Below are positions 47,842-59,016 of a DNA stretch of 64,000 bases, one piece after another. Within the stretch, counting starts at the first letter, position 1. Every line of letters starts with the position of its first letter. The notes beneath the pieces were generated by a model. That model worked only from the letters and a program-made list of their open reading frames with translations. It ran no database searches and was not told the origin of the DNA. The DNA comes from an uncultured Nitrospiraceae bacterium (GTDB lineage Bacteria > Nitrospirota > Thermodesulfovibrionia > Thermodesulfovibrionales > UBA6898): positions 512,001 to 576,000 of the forward strand of contig CAWEQH010000010.1 of NCBI GenBank assembly GCA_963811165.1, written 5' to 3'. The position numbers were made by a program, and so were the translations under genes.

Positions 47842-50800
47842 CTACCGTATGATTATGTTCTCTATCGTCACACATCCTGTGCCGCTTCCAGGTCCGCCGA
47901 TGGTCATCATGCCGATTATCGTCGTCAACGCTGCATTAGAGGAATAAAAGCAGTCGAACCCGCCTTTCAGGGTGACGTTCTTGATCTGGTCAAAGGAAAG
48001 GTCGCCGCTGAACGTCATTGACATCGGCTCTATATAGTTTCCATCAGATGCAGCGTTGTAGGCGTTCTGTATCGTGGCCCTCGGCGACCACGTGGAAGGA
48101 GGAGTTCCAAACCGGACAGGGTAACTTCCGGACCCGCAGTTTGCGGTAATGTAATCGATCTTGGTGATGCTCCCGGGGCCCCCCGGCCCTGTAGCTGTAA
48201 GCTTCACCGAGTATGTGCCGGGGAACAAATACCTATGATTTGGATTCTGTACTGCACTTGTGGTTCCATCACCAAAGTCCCATGACCATGCTGTCGGACT
48301 GTTTGAGGAGATGTCTGCAAAGACCACCCAGCGTGGAGCGAGGCCGCTCCGGTAGGTCCCCGAGAAATCCACGATGGAATTGAACAGGGCGCTGCAGTAC
48401 TTGTCAGCATCCATCGTCACCAGGCCGTTTGTGTCGCAGGCTCCTTCCCACCCGGCAAACTGGGAACCCGGGTCGGCGGTGGCGGTAAGCGTCACCGGAT
48501 CACCGTGAGTGAATAGTCCCTGACACGAGGTGCCGCAGTCGATAACGGATGGAGAGCTTGTCACCCCGCCTGTTCCGCTGCCTTCTCTGAAAACATCAAG
48601 GAGATATTGCGTATACGTCGCGAAACACTGCAGTGCCGGCGTAACTGCCGTATTGCTGGTTATGGCGAAGGAAGATACGTCTGCAACGGAAGTGTTCTGA
48701 GTAGAGAATGACGGCGATGATACGGACGCGTTGGTGCTTTGCGGAGTCGCGTTTGATGTACCTATGGCTGCGCATCCGGTGATGCCCCCTTCCGCATCAA
48801 GTTTCAGCACCCAGACATCGCCGTTCCCTGCGCCAAAGGAGCTGGTATATCCTGCCACGATGTAGCCGCCGTCTGCCGTCTGCTGTATCGACTTGGCCTC
48901 TTCATCGCCGGAGCCGCCGTAGGTCTTCTGCCAGGCAACGGACCCGTCCCCGTTGAGCTTCAGCACCCAGGCATCTTCATTCCCGGCCCCAAAGGAGCTG
49001 GTATAACCCGCTACAATGTAGCCGCCGTCTGCCGTCTGCTGTATCGAGGATACAAAATCCTCGCCCGGGCCGCCATAGGCTTTTTGCCAGAGGACTGAGC
49101 CGGATGCATTGAGCTTCAGCACCCATGCATCTCTGCTCCCCGGGTTGAAGGAGTCGCTATAGCCTGCCGCGATGTATCCCCCATCACCCGTCTGCTGGAT
49201 CGATACAACCGCATCGATCTCCGGGCCGCCGTAGGTCTTCTGCCAAAGGACTGTACCGGACGAATTGAGCTTCAGCAACCACGCATCAGTGTTCCCTGAA
49301 CCGGATGCATCGGCGTAGCCTGCCACAATGTATCCACCGTCGCCAGTCTGCCGGACCGAGGTGGCGTAATCAGTGCCTGGCCCGCCATAGGCCTTCTGCC
49401 AGGCAACCGTGCCGTCTGAGTTGAGCTTCAGCACCCACGCATCCCCATCTGCTCCACCTGCCACAATGTATCCCCCGTCTGCGGTCTGCTGGACCGAGGA
49501 AGCATAATTACTCCCTGAGCCTCCGTAGGTCTTCTGCCAGGCAACCGTGCCGTCTGTATTGAGCTTTAACACCCACACATCGCTTCCGCCTGCGCCGAAG
49601 GAATTGGTCCAGCCTGCCACGATGTAGCCCCCATCCGATGTCTGCTCGATCGCGGTGGCCACATCAGTGCCGGTGCCCCCGTATGTCTTCTGCCAGGCAA
49701 CCGCGCCGTCTGTGTTGAGCTTCAACACCCACGCATCGTTGTTCCCTGCGCCGAAGAAATTCGTAGAGCCTGCAGCGACATACCCCCCATCCGATGTCTG
49801 CTGGACCGCGGCAGCGTACTCAATGCCTGAACCGCCGTAGGTCCTCTGCCATTTCAGGGCATAAGGAAGAGGGAGATGGGGATAGAAGCAACTCTTTGTG
49901 GCGGCAAAGGTGGCGTCTGCCGATGCAGCACTCGAGGCCACAGGCGTTACCGTGGTTGAGAAAACGGTTGCCGTCGTGTCCACAGCCAGCAAAAGGGGAT
50001 TGGCAACGGTAGCCGACGAGACCATTATTTGGGGAATGTTACAAGAACCAAGTATGTTGCCCTCAAGATCGAGCTTCAGCACCCACGCATCCGTGTTGCC
50101 CGAAATGACGGAATCGGTATACCCTGCCACAATGTAGCCCCCGTCTGCTGTCTGCCGGATCGAGGAGGCGTACTCATCATGACCCACGTTACCGTAGGTC
50201 TTCTGCCAGGCAACAGAACCGTCTGCATTGAGTTTCAGCACCCAGGCATCATAGCCTGAGCCTGTGCCAAAAGAATACGTCCGGCCTGCCACGATGTAGC
50301 CGCCGTCTGCTGTCTGCTGGACTGCGAAGGCTTGATCCGCACTCGAGCCGCCGTAGGCCTTCTGCCAGGCAACCGTGCCGTCTGCGTTGAGCTTCAACAC
50401 CAGCGCATCATGACTCCCTGCGCCAAATGAGGAATCGGTATAGCCTGCCACAATATAGCCGCCGTCTGCTGTTTGCTGGACTGCGAAGGCTTGATCAGCA
50501 CTCGAGCCGCCGTAGGTCCTCTCCCATGCAACAGTGCCGTCTGCATTGAGCTTCAGCACCCAGACATCATAGCCCACGCCCGTGTCAGACGAATCGGCAT
50601 AGCCTGCCACGATGTAGCCGCCATCCGTAGTCTGCTGGACCGAGTTGGCCCTATCATACCCTGAGTCGCCGTAGGTCTTTTGCCAGGCAACAGAACCGTC
50701 TGCGTTAAGCTTCAGCACCCAGGCGTCGTCGTTCCCTGCGCCAGAGGAAGCGGTAGAGCCTGCCACGATGTAGCCGCCGTCCGCTGTCTGCTGGATCGAG

Positions 50801-51225
50801 AAGGCGTAATCAGCGCCTGAGCCGCCGTAGGTCTTCTGCCAGGCAACCGTGCCGTCTGCATTGAGCTTCACCACCCAGACGTCATGATTCCCTGCGCCGG
50901 CTGAATCGGTAGAGCCTGCCACGATGTAACCGCCGTCAGCCGTCTGCTGGATCGAGTTGGCCGTGTCGGTGCCTGAGCCGCCATAGGTCTTCTGCCAGGC
51001 AACCGTGCCGTCTTTGTTGAGCTTCACCACCCACGCATCCCAGTCCGGCCCGCCAAAGGAATTGGTATAGCCGGCCACGATGAAGCCGCCGTCTGCAGTC
51101 TGCTGGATCGAATTGGCGTAATCAGCGCCTGAGCCGTTGAGAGGCAGGGCCCATTGGTCGGCACTGGCAATTTTCACCAAAAATAGGATGCCAATTACTA
51201 CTAAGAAAGTCACCTTCTTGTTCAT
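47842..51225 (-). CDS. Large secreted/surface protein: two 7-repeat beta-propeller regions, InlB-B-like repeat, PKD domain
   Basis: Signal peptide; 14 copies of a ~52-aa WQKTYGG..D.A.S.QQTADGGYIVAG...DAWVLKLN.DG repeat; GSGTGGVTS.P..IDCG..C / VTLTATA..GS.F.GW.GAC; PKD WSWDFGDG...PNH.Y..PGTY.V.LT. Confidence 0.85.
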   Translation of the reverse strand: MNKKVTFLVVIGILFLVKIASADQWALPLNGSGADYANSIQQTADGGFIVAGYTNSFGGPDWDAWVVKLNKDGTVAWQKTYGGSGTDTANSIQQTADGGYIVAGSTDSAGAGNHDVWVVKLNADGTVAWQKTYGGSGADYAFSIQQTADGGYIVAGSTASSGAGNDDAWVLKLNADGSVAWQKTYGDSGYDRANSVQQTTDGGYIVAGYADSSDTGVGYDVWVLKLNADGTVAWERTYGGSSADQAFAVQQTADGGYIVAGYTDSSFGAGSHDALVLKLNADGTVAWQKAYGGSSADQAFAVQQTADGGYIVAGRTYSFGTGSGYDAWVLKLNADGSVAWQKTYGNVGHDEYASSIRQTADGGYIVAGYTDSVISGNTDAWVLKLDLEGNILGSCNIPQIMVSSATVANPLLLAVDTTATVFSTTVTPVASSAASADATFAATKSCFYPHLPLPYALKWQRTYGGSGIEYAAAVQQTSDGGYVAAGSTNFFGAGNNDAWVLKLNTDGAVAWQKTYGGTGTDVATAIEQTSDGGYIVAGWTNSFGAGGSDVWVLKLNTDGTVAWQKTYGGSGSNYASSVQQTADGGYIVAGGADGDAWVLKLNSDGTVAWQKAYGGPGTDYATSVRQTGDGGYIVAGYADASGSGNTDAWLLKLNSSGTVLWQKTYGGPEIDAVVSIQQTGDGGYIAAGYSDSFNPGSRDAWVLKLNASGSVLWQKAYGGPGEDFVSSIQQTADGGYIVAGYTSSFGAGNEDAWVLKLNGDGSVAWQKTYGGSGDEEAKSIQQTADGGYIVAGYTSSFGAGNGDVWVLKLDAEGGITGCAAIGTSNATPQSTNASVSSPSFSTQNTSVADVSSFAITSNTAVTPALQCFATYTQYLLDVFREGSGTGGVTSSPSVIDCGTSCQGLFTHGDPVTLTATADPGSQFAGWEGACDTNGLVTMDADKYCSALFNSIVDFSGTYRSGLAPRWVVFADISSNSPTAWSWDFGDGTTSAVQNPNHRYLFPGTYSVKLTATGPGGPGSITKIDYITANCGSGSYPVRFGTPPSTWSPRATIQNAYNAASDGNYIEPMSMTFSGDLSFDQIKNVTLKGGFDCFYSSNAALTTIIGMMTIGGPGSGTGCVTIENIIIR

Positions 51226-51809
51226 TGCAGCCCTCCTGTCGGCTTGAGACAGTTAACAGAACCTCCCACCCCTTGCCTCATGAGATGCAGCACGCCCGAT
51301 ACCTAATTCATTATCCCTCTATTGACGATTCAGTGCAATATTAGCAAAAACAGGAGGTACTGCTGCTCCATCCCTCGGCGGACCAGGGCAATGGTAAAAA
51401 AATGACAAAAGGCATCTCAAGGCAACGCAGGGGTTGCGATGTATCGGTCTTCCGTAATGCCCGGGATTGATGAAGTATTCCTTCGGGATTCGACACCTAC
51501 TTCGACGCTTCGCGGCGTCAATCGATCGATGTACGTCTTAGGCGTCTCGGAAACAGTATGTCCTGAAGTCTTCGACTCATGTTGACCGAGCAGAGTCACG
51601 ACTCGTGGCTGAACTTCTCTTCCCTAGGTTTCTTTCGATGTTGTTTTATTTCGACTGTAATCTTGATAGAGTTTCGGTTTATTGAAAGAATCAGTTGGTC
51701 GGCGTACCTCCTCAAAAACTCTTCGCAGTGAAAGGGTATCGGTTATCAGATACTACTGCCGAACTGATATTTCATGCTTATTTACAATTCTGATATTGCT
51801 AAAACTCTG

Positions 51810-52403
51810 TCAGACATCCGACTCCTTGCTCCCGATAAGAAAAGAGTGATAAGGGAGCACGGAATATTTAGCGATCTTTGAAAAACCGGCGCTTCGCATA
51901 TGGGACTCGATCATCTCTTCGGTGACCCTGATTTCAGTGGGCGGACCTTCCGGGGTCCATTCCTTCTTCCAGTCGATGACCATCACCTTGCCCCCTTTTT
52001 TCAAGAGCCTTCGCGATTCCTTCAAAACCCTTTGCGGATCATCAAGCTCATGGTGCAGGTTGATCATATAGACCAGGTCGGCTGTATCGTCGGGGAGAAG
52101 GAGAAAGTTCTCCTCTGTTTTCGTCGGGATTACGACCCCTTTCGATTCTGCGGGCAGGTTCTCATTCATCCAGGAAATCATCGCGTCTGAGATATCACAG
52201 GCGTAGACCCTTCCATTTTTCATTTTCCTGCTGAATATGAGGGCAAACAGACCGGTTCCGGCGCCAACGTCTATCAGGACGGAAGGATCCGGCAGGGCTA
52301 CCTTTTCCCAGATAATGTCCGGATTCAGGTATTCCAGTCTCCTCGGGTCATTTAGCTTGGCAAGTTTCTTCGGATCGAATTTTTTATCGGCGTTCACAAT
52401 CAC
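51810..52403 (-). CDS. Class I SAM-dependent methyltransferase
   Basis: LIDVGAGTG, VYACDIS, HHE.DDP, RLLKKGG.V.VIDW, EGPP..IR. Confidence 0.88.
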   Translation of the reverse strand: MIVNADKKFDPKKLAKLNDPRRLEYLNPDIIWEKVALPDPSVLIDVGAGTGLFALIFSRKMKNGRVYACDISDAMISWMNENLPAESKGVVIPTKTEENFLLLPDDTADLVYMINLHHELDDPQRVLKESRRLLKKGGKVMVIDWKKEWTPEGPPTEIRVTEEMIESHMRSAGFSKIAKYSVLPYHSFLIGSKESDV

Positions 52404-52519
52404 TCCCGGAAATTATTATAGACAGAGTTTACCAGTAAATAAGAGGACTAACAAACTCTTTTGTCGTCCCTCAGGATAATCCTTATCGGTGGCTTTATCA
52501 ACGGCTTCTAACTCATTGC

Positions 52520-54205
52520 TTATCCCCTCGACAAATGCCTGTATTTGATCCTGTGGGGCTGGTCTGCCTCGGCGCCCAGGCGGGCCTTTCTGTCGGCCTC
52601 GTATTCGGAATAATTTCCGTCAAACCAGACCACTTTACTGTCACCTTCAAATGCAAGGATGTGGGTAGCGATACGGTCCAGGAACCAGCGGTCATGGCTG
52701 ATGATCACGGCGCAGCCGGCAAAATTCTCTAATGCCTCCTCCAGAGCACGCATGGTGTTAACGTCCAGGTCGTTGGTCGGTTCGTCAAGAAGCAAGACAT
52801 TGGCCTCTTCCTTGAGCATGCGCGCAAGATGGACACGGTTCCTTTCTCCTCCTGAGAGCATCGAGACCTTTTTTTGCTGGTCCGACCCGGAGAAATTGAA
52901 GCGTGCCACATAGGCACGGGAATTGATCTGTCTTTTCCCCAGCTGAATGGCATCCTCACCGCCGGAGACGACCTCCCATATGCTCTTGTTTTGGTCGAGG
53001 TCATCGCGGCTTTGATCGACATAGGCCAGCCTGACGGTTTCTCCGATCCCGAAGGTGCCTGAATCAGGCCTTTCCTGTCCCGTAATCATCCTGAAAAGAG
53101 TGGTCTTTCCGGCCCCGTTGGGCCCGATTACCCCCACAATCCCGCCAGGAGGAAGGGAGAAGGTCATCCCTTCGACAAGGATGTTATCGCCGTATGCCTT
53201 AGACACGTTGTCCGCATCGATAACGACGCTGCCCAGCCTGGGGCCGGGAGGGATGTAGATTTCAAGTTCCTTTGACCTTTTGTCGATATCCTGACTGAGC
53301 AGTGCCTCATAAGAATTTATGCGCGCCTTCGCTTTTGCGTGGCGGCCCTTTGGGGACATCTGTATCCATTCGAGTTCGCGCTGCAGGGTCTTTTGTCTTT
53401 CGCTTTCAGCCTTCTCCTCCTGCTTGAGACGGTTTTTCTTCTGTTCGAGCCATGATGAATAATTCCCCTTCCATGGTATCCCTTCACCCCTGTCGAGCTC
53501 TAAAATCCAGCCGGCAACGTTGTCGAGGAAATAGCGGTCATGCGTGACAGCGATAACGGTGCCGGAATAGCCCTGAAGGTGGTGCTCCAGCCAGGCTACG
53601 GTCTCGGCGTCGAGATGGTTGGTAGGTTCGTCAAGGAGAAGGATGTCCGGCTTCTGAAGAAGCAGTCTGCAAAGCGCCACCCTGCGTCTTTCGCCGCCGG
53701 AGAGGATCTTTACAGGTGTGTCCGCTGAAGGACAGCGCAGGGCATCCATCGCCATCTCGAGCCGTGAATCAAGGTCCCATGCATCAAGGGCATCGAGCTT
53801 CTCCTGCACCTTTCCCTGACGCTCGATAAGTTTGTTCATTTCATCGTCCGACATGGGTTCGCTGAATTTTTCGTTTATCAGGTTATATTCTTTAAGGGCA
53901 TCGACAGTCTCCTGTACGCCCTCTTCCACTACCTCCCGCACCGTCTTATCGCTGTCCAGTTCCGGTTCCTGTTCCAGAAACCCTACGGTGTTGCCCGGAG
54001 AAAGAACTGTCTCACCGTTGAACTCCTTGTCCCTTCCCGCAAGGATGCGCAGAAGAGAGCTTTTCCCCGATCCGTTGAGACCGAGAACGCCTATCTTCGC
54101 CCCATAGAAATAAGAGAGATAGATATCCTTTAAAACCGGCTTTTTGTCGTAATATTTGCTTACTCCGACCATGGAGTAAATGACCTTGTCGGGTTCATTG
54201 CTCAT
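52520..54205 (-). CDS. ettA: Energy-dependent translational throttle protein EttA
   Basis: [43 protein letters not shown]-terminal PHRIKY. Confidence 0.95.
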   Translation of the reverse strand: MSNEPDKVIYSMVGVSKYYDKKPVLKDIYLSYFYGAKIGVLGLNGSGKSSLLRILAGRDKEFNGETVLSPGNTVGFLEQEPELDSDKTVREVVEEGVQETVDALKEYNLINEKFSEPMSDDEMNKLIERQGKVQEKLDALDAWDLDSRLEMAMDALRCPSADTPVKILSGGERRRVALCRLLLQKPDILLLDEPTNHLDAETVAWLEHHLQGYSGTVIAVTHDRYFLDNVAGWILELDRGEGIPWKGNYSSWLEQKKNRLKQEEKAESERQKTLQRELEWIQMSPKGRHAKAKARINSYEALLSQDIDKRSKELEIYIPPGPRLGSVVIDADNVSKAYGDNILVEGMTFSLPPGGIVGVIGPNGAGKTTLFRMITGQERPDSGTFGIGETVRLAYVDQSRDDLDQNKSIWEVVSGGEDAIQLGKRQINSRAYVARFNFSGSDQQKKVSMLSGGERNRVHLARMLKEEANVLLLDEPTNDLDVNTMRALEEALENFAGCAVIISHDRWFLDRIATHILAFEGDSKVVWFDGNYSEYEADRKARLGAEADQPHRIKYRHLSRG

Positions 54206-54239
54206 CGTATTTCAAATCCTTTTTTACACCTTTCAATAA

Positions 54240-54878
54240 TTAATCCGGCATCCGGCCGATTATCGTCTCTCCGGCTTTTACCGTGTCCCCGAGTTTGATC
54301 CGCACCTGAACGCTGCCGGGGATATACAGATCGACCCTGGAGCTGAACTTTATGATGCCGTATCGTTCCCCGCGTTTCAGGGTTTCGCCTTCCCTCTTCC
54401 TGCATACCGCCCTCCGGGCCAGAAACCCGGCCACCTGCCTCACAAGCAAATCTCCATATTGGGTTTCGAGGACCATTTCGATGTTCTCGTTACAGACGGA
54501 GGCCTCATCTTTGTACGCAGCGCAGAACCGCCCTTCGTTATGTTTCACTGTCTTCACCCTCCCGTCGCAGGGCGAGCGGTTTACATGCACGTTCATAGGG
54601 GACATAAAAATGCTGATCTCTTTTGCCTCGCTGTGAAGATACTTCGCCTCGTGCACATCCCTTATCAAAATGACCCTGCCGTCTGCAGGCGACACGAACA
54701 CACCCTTGTCGTCAGGGACATCCCGATCAGGGTCGCGGAAGAAGTGGAACATAAAGAGGGTGATAACGAGGGGCGGCACCGCATAGAACCCGCCCCCAAA
54801 AGAAGCGGCGGCAATCGTGACGAGCCCGAAAAAAATAATAAACGGATACCCTTCAGGAGCGAATTTCATACCAAACAC
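54240..54878 (-). CDS. psd: Phosphatidylserine decarboxylase proenzyme
   Basis: FFRDPDR, VSPADG, SIFMSP.NVHVNR.P, NE, QVAG.LARR, IKFSSRVD, VKAGET. Confidence 0.92.
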   Translation of the reverse strand: MFGMKFAPEGYPFIIFFGLVTIAAASFGGGFYAVPPLVITLFMFHFFRDPDRDVPDDKGVFVSPADGRVILIRDVHEAKYLHSEAKEISIFMSPMNVHVNRSPCDGRVKTVKHNEGRFCAAYKDEASVCNENIEMVLETQYGDLLVRQVAGFLARRAVCRKREGETLKRGERYGIIKFSSRVDLYIPGSVQVRIKLGDTVKAGETIIGRMPD

Positions 54879-54932
54879 CCGGATCCCTCAGAGCAGTGGA
54901 TTCACATTTAAATAAATCTCTCGCCACGACAG

Positions 54933-55082
54933 GCATAGAAGAAGGCGATAAATTTTTATGCGACACCTTATAAGAAAAAGTCTGAGGGAATGAACGCATC
55001 GCAGCCATTTCGTGATGCAATGCGCTCTTCACCTAACAACAATCAGTCGATCATAAAAATTCTGAGACGCCTTCTTCTGTGC
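54933..55082. repeat. ~150-bp imperfect palindromic element between ilvC and psd
   Basis: Outer arms GCATAGAAGAAGGCG..AATTTTTATG.CGAC / GTCG..CATAAAAATT..CGCCTTCTTCTGTGC; inner arms TGAA-CGCATCGCA / TGCAATGCG-CTC-TTCA. Confidence 0.65.
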
Positions 55083-55094
55083 ACACAGCATATC

Positions 55095-56126
<1,032 letters not shown>

Positions 56127-56247
56127 TTAATAAAATTTAACGGGTATGAGACGAGGTTTTATTATATTACAAACGGACGGATTTTTCTATTTGCCCTGCT
56201 GGCAGCTGCTAAAAATGGGGTGCTTCTTTCTGCTATAGTAAATAAGC

Positions 56248-57336
56248 ATGAGTAAAGTAATCGTCGGAATGAGCGGCGGGGTCGATTCGAGTGTCACCGC
56301 ATACCTCCTTAAGAAGGAGGGGTTCGAGGTCGAAGGGGTCAGTTTTATCCTCTGGGAAGCGAGAAACAGATCTCACTTTACCGCCTGCTGTTCACTGGAG
56401 GCGACCGACGGCGCATCAAAGACGGCCGACAGCATCGGCATACCTCACTCGTCAATAGACGTGCGGGGGGCGTTCGTTGAAAAGGTAATCGAGCCGTTTG
56501 TTCAGGCATATGCCAGCGGCTTGACTCCGAATCCCTGCATCCTTTGCAACTGGCACATCAAGTTTCCGTATCTTTTAGAAGAGGCAAAAAAAAGAGGTGC
56601 GGAATATATCGCGACCGGTCATTACGCAAAGGTAGAGAAACAAACTCTTGCCGGGTATCATAATGAAAGGGTCTCCCTGAAAAAAGGCGTCGATCCTAAA
56701 AAAGACCAGTCCTATGTCCTCTACGCCTTAAGACCCGATGAACTGGAAAGACTTGTCCTTCCTTTGGGTAATCTCAAAAAGACCGAAGTCAAAGAGATAG
56801 CCCGTTCCCTGCAATTGCCTGCGGCCGAAAGACCCGAGAGCCAGGAGATATGTTTTATTGCCGACAATAATTATTCCGGGTTCATAGAAAACCTGTCGCC
56901 CGCCGCATGCAGACCCGGTCCTATCGTAGACAAAACAGGCAGGGAGATCGGCACCCATAAGGGGATATGCCGCTATACCATAGGGCAGAGAAAGGGGTTG
57001 GGACTGTCTTCTTTGGAGCCTTATTACGTTACAGATATTGATACGGTAAATAATATTGTCCGTGTCGGCTCACAGGAAGATGCGATGATGAAGGAAATCG
57101 CAGTCGATCATATCAACTGGCTGGTTTCCCCGCCAGCACATTCTTTCCGGGCCACGGCGAAGGTACGTTCGATGATGCCGGCAAGACCGGCTGTCATCGA
57201 AGTCGTCGGCAGGCAGGCCAGGGTTTTGTTCGATGAGCAGCAGTGGGCGCCCGCACCGGGACAGAGCGCGGTCTTTTATCTGGAAGATATCGTAATCGGA
57301 GGCGGTGTCATCGTCGACCCCCATAAACCAGCATAA
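56248..57336 (+). CDS. mnmA: tRNA 2-thiouridylase
   Basis: MSGGVDSS, TPNPC..CN, ATGHYA, KDQSY.L, ESQEICF, YTIGQRKG, PGQSAVFY. Confidence 0.97.
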   Translation: MSKVIVGMSGGVDSSVTAYLLKKEGFEVEGVSFILWEARNRSHFTACCSLEATDGASKTADSIGIPHSSIDVRGAFVEKVIEPFVQAYASGLTPNPCILCNWHIKFPYLLEEAKKRGAEYIATGHYAKVEKQTLAGYHNERVSLKKGVDPKKDQSYVLYALRPDELERLVLPLGNLKKTEVKEIARSLQLPAAERPESQEICFIADNNYSGFIENLSPAACRPGPIVDKTGREIGTHKGICRYTIGQRKGLGLSSLEPYYVTDIDTVNNIVRVGSQEDAMMKEIAVDHINWLVSPPAHSFRATAKVRSMMPARPAVIEVVGRQARVLFDEQQWAPAPGQSAVFYLEDIVIGGGVIVDPHKPA

Positions 57337-58204
57337 GTGCGTTTCTTGCCGTCGACACCTTCGCAGGCGTGACACCCAAATAATCCCCGTCCACCTGAAT
57401 ATGGGCGTTCCCCTTCACCTCAATCTCCGATGCCCTGAGATACGCCACATCTTTATAGGTAAGATGTTTCCCCCTGATTACCCCGGCGGCATATCTGAAC
57501 AGGTCGAGGCGGCTGCCGCCTTTAAACAGACAGACGAATAGCGAAGGGTCGAGGAGGCTTGCATCCGGTGCCACCTTGAAATGTCCGCCGTACTTGGCTG
57601 CCTTGCTGATGACCGCGGAATAACCGGAATACTCCTTACCATCTATGATGAAGGAGAGCCTCTCCGGGGAATATCCCAGAATATTTTGCATCCCGCTTAT
57701 GATATATGCGGCCTTTCCGGACAGTTTTTTTATGGAAGTACTCACATCATAGACTGTCTTGCCGTCAAGTCCTATGCCGGCCATCAAACAAAAGTATCTC
57801 GCTGCAAGCTCTTTCCCGCTGCCGGTTTCCACAAGCCCGAGAGACACCCTTCTGGGAACTGATGTCAACGCAACTTCGAGCGAGCCGCAGATATCCTCGG
57901 GGATGTCGAGTTCCTTCGCCAGCACATTCGTTGTACCCATAGGGAGCACCGAGAGGGGCGTATCGGACCATACGATACCGTTGATCACCTCATTGATCGT
58001 TCCGTCGCCCCCTGCTGCGATAAGAAGGCGGGGTTTTCTTTTGAGGGCATCGGCTGCAAGGCACCTGGCATGACCGCGTGTCTCGGTACGAAGTACTTCC
58101 ACAACAAAGCCCCTTTTCTCAAGAAAGGAAGTCGCTTGAGCGATCTTTTTATCCGACGCGGCCCTCGCCGCGGGATTATATATGACAATTACCGATGATT
58201 TCAT
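57308..58204 (-). CDS. Diacylglycerol kinase family lipid kinase (YegS/BmrU-like)
   Basis: YNPAA, GGDGTINEV, PMGTTNVLA, AGIGLD, YGG, QVDGD. Confidence 0.9.
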   Translation of the reverse strand: MKSSVIVIYNPAARAASDKKIAQATSFLEKRGFVVEVLRTETRGHARCLAADALKRKPRLLIAAGGDGTINEVINGIVWSDTPLSVLPMGTTNVLAKELDIPEDICGSLEVALTSVPRRVSLGLVETGSGKELAARYFCLMAGIGLDGKTVYDVSTSIKKLSGKAAYIISGMQNILGYSPERLSFIIDGKEYSGYSAVISKAAKYGGHFKVAPDASLLDPSLFVCLFKGGSRLDLFRYAAGVIRGKHLTYKDVAYLRASEIEVKGNAHIQVDGDYLGVTPAKVSTARNALMLVYGGRR

Positions 58205-58994
58205 CTATCGGAAAGACACCCAGGCATTGCGATACCTCATCGATGAGCACAGTCTTTTTTTCGAGAAAAGATATCACCCTCTCCCGCACTGCGTTGTCCC
58301 TCACAAAAAAGACCCGCCCGCCCCGCCTGTCTCCCTTTCTCTTTATATGAGACACTCTCACATAGCCGAATTTTCGCGATGAAACATAGCCGGTTGTGTA
58401 ATCAGGATCGTCTGAAACACAGAGCTCTGCGATTACCTCTTTGCAGCAGGCGACCTTAGACGCAAGGACCAGGGCCTCCCTGACTGTTTCAGAGTCAATC
58501 CCTTCTCTCTTAAGTTCATGACTGAGAATACTTATTGCGCCGCGGTCGATGCCGAGTTTCGATGCGCGGACACCCCTGTTCCTGTCCGGCTCGATCCTTC
58601 TTCCCGACACGGCGGTTATTAAAGAGGCCCCACGCATAGTCTTTTCGCCGTAGACCACTTTTAGTGCCGTCTTTATCGCAGTCTCCGTGACTCCAGCCGA
58701 GAAAAGCAAATTTCGTATGTGACGCTGCGCCGCCTGTGTGGACCTGCATATGACCGTCTTTAGAGGAAGGGACCGTATTTTCTTCGGCGTAGTTGTGATC
58801 CTCTCTATCTTGATCTCGATCCGGTCAGGCCTCCCGCGGGGATGGGTCAGCGCCCTTCTGACATACCCGTCGACAACTTCGCCGATCGACCCACGTTCGT
58901 AGATCCCCTCGGCACCTGATATGTGCAAGTCCGAGGATTTATTCCGCCCCTTTTTTTTTGCCCCTCTGGACGCCCTCATCCGTACACTAACCAT
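58176..58994 (-). CDS. bioW: 6-carboxyhexanoate--CoA ligase
   Basis: SVRMRAS, HISGAE, RALTHPRG, MRGA, RGVRA, EALVLASKV, ELCVSDDPDYTTGYV, GGRVFF; follows bioB. Confidence 0.92.
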   Translation of the reverse strand: MVSVRMRASRGAKKKGRNKSSDLHISGAEGIYERGSIGEVVDGYVRRALTHPRGRPDRIEIKIERITTTPKKIRSLPLKTVICRSTQAAQRHIRNLLFSAGVTETAIKTALKVVYGEKTMRGASLITAVSGRRIEPDRNRGVRASKLGIDRGAISILSHELKREGIDSETVREALVLASKVACCKEVIAELCVSDDPDYTTGYVSSRKFGYVRVSHIKRKGDRRGGRVFFVRDNAVRERVISFLEKKTVLIDEVSQCLGVFPIDEIIGNCHI

Positions 58995-59016
58995 CCATAG
59001 TCTCCATAAATGCCTC

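Noticed and set aside
48800..51150. Regularly spaced DNA repeats that could mimic a CRISPR array or DGR template
   Set aside because: They are ~156-nt in-frame coding repeats of the propeller protein. There are no cas or reverse transcriptase genes and no unique spacers.
51226..51809. Long upstream region of the surface protein, checked for a c-di-GMP riboswitch or IS remnant; includes the 60-aa ORF 51417-51599
   Set aside because: No GEMM consensus or transposase-like motifs recognised, and the ORF lacks an RBS and recognisable features.
54330..54355. psd self-cleavage motif reads KFSSRVD instead of FGSRVD
   Set aside because: The pyruvoyl-forming Ser is retained; likely an ordinary lineage variant.
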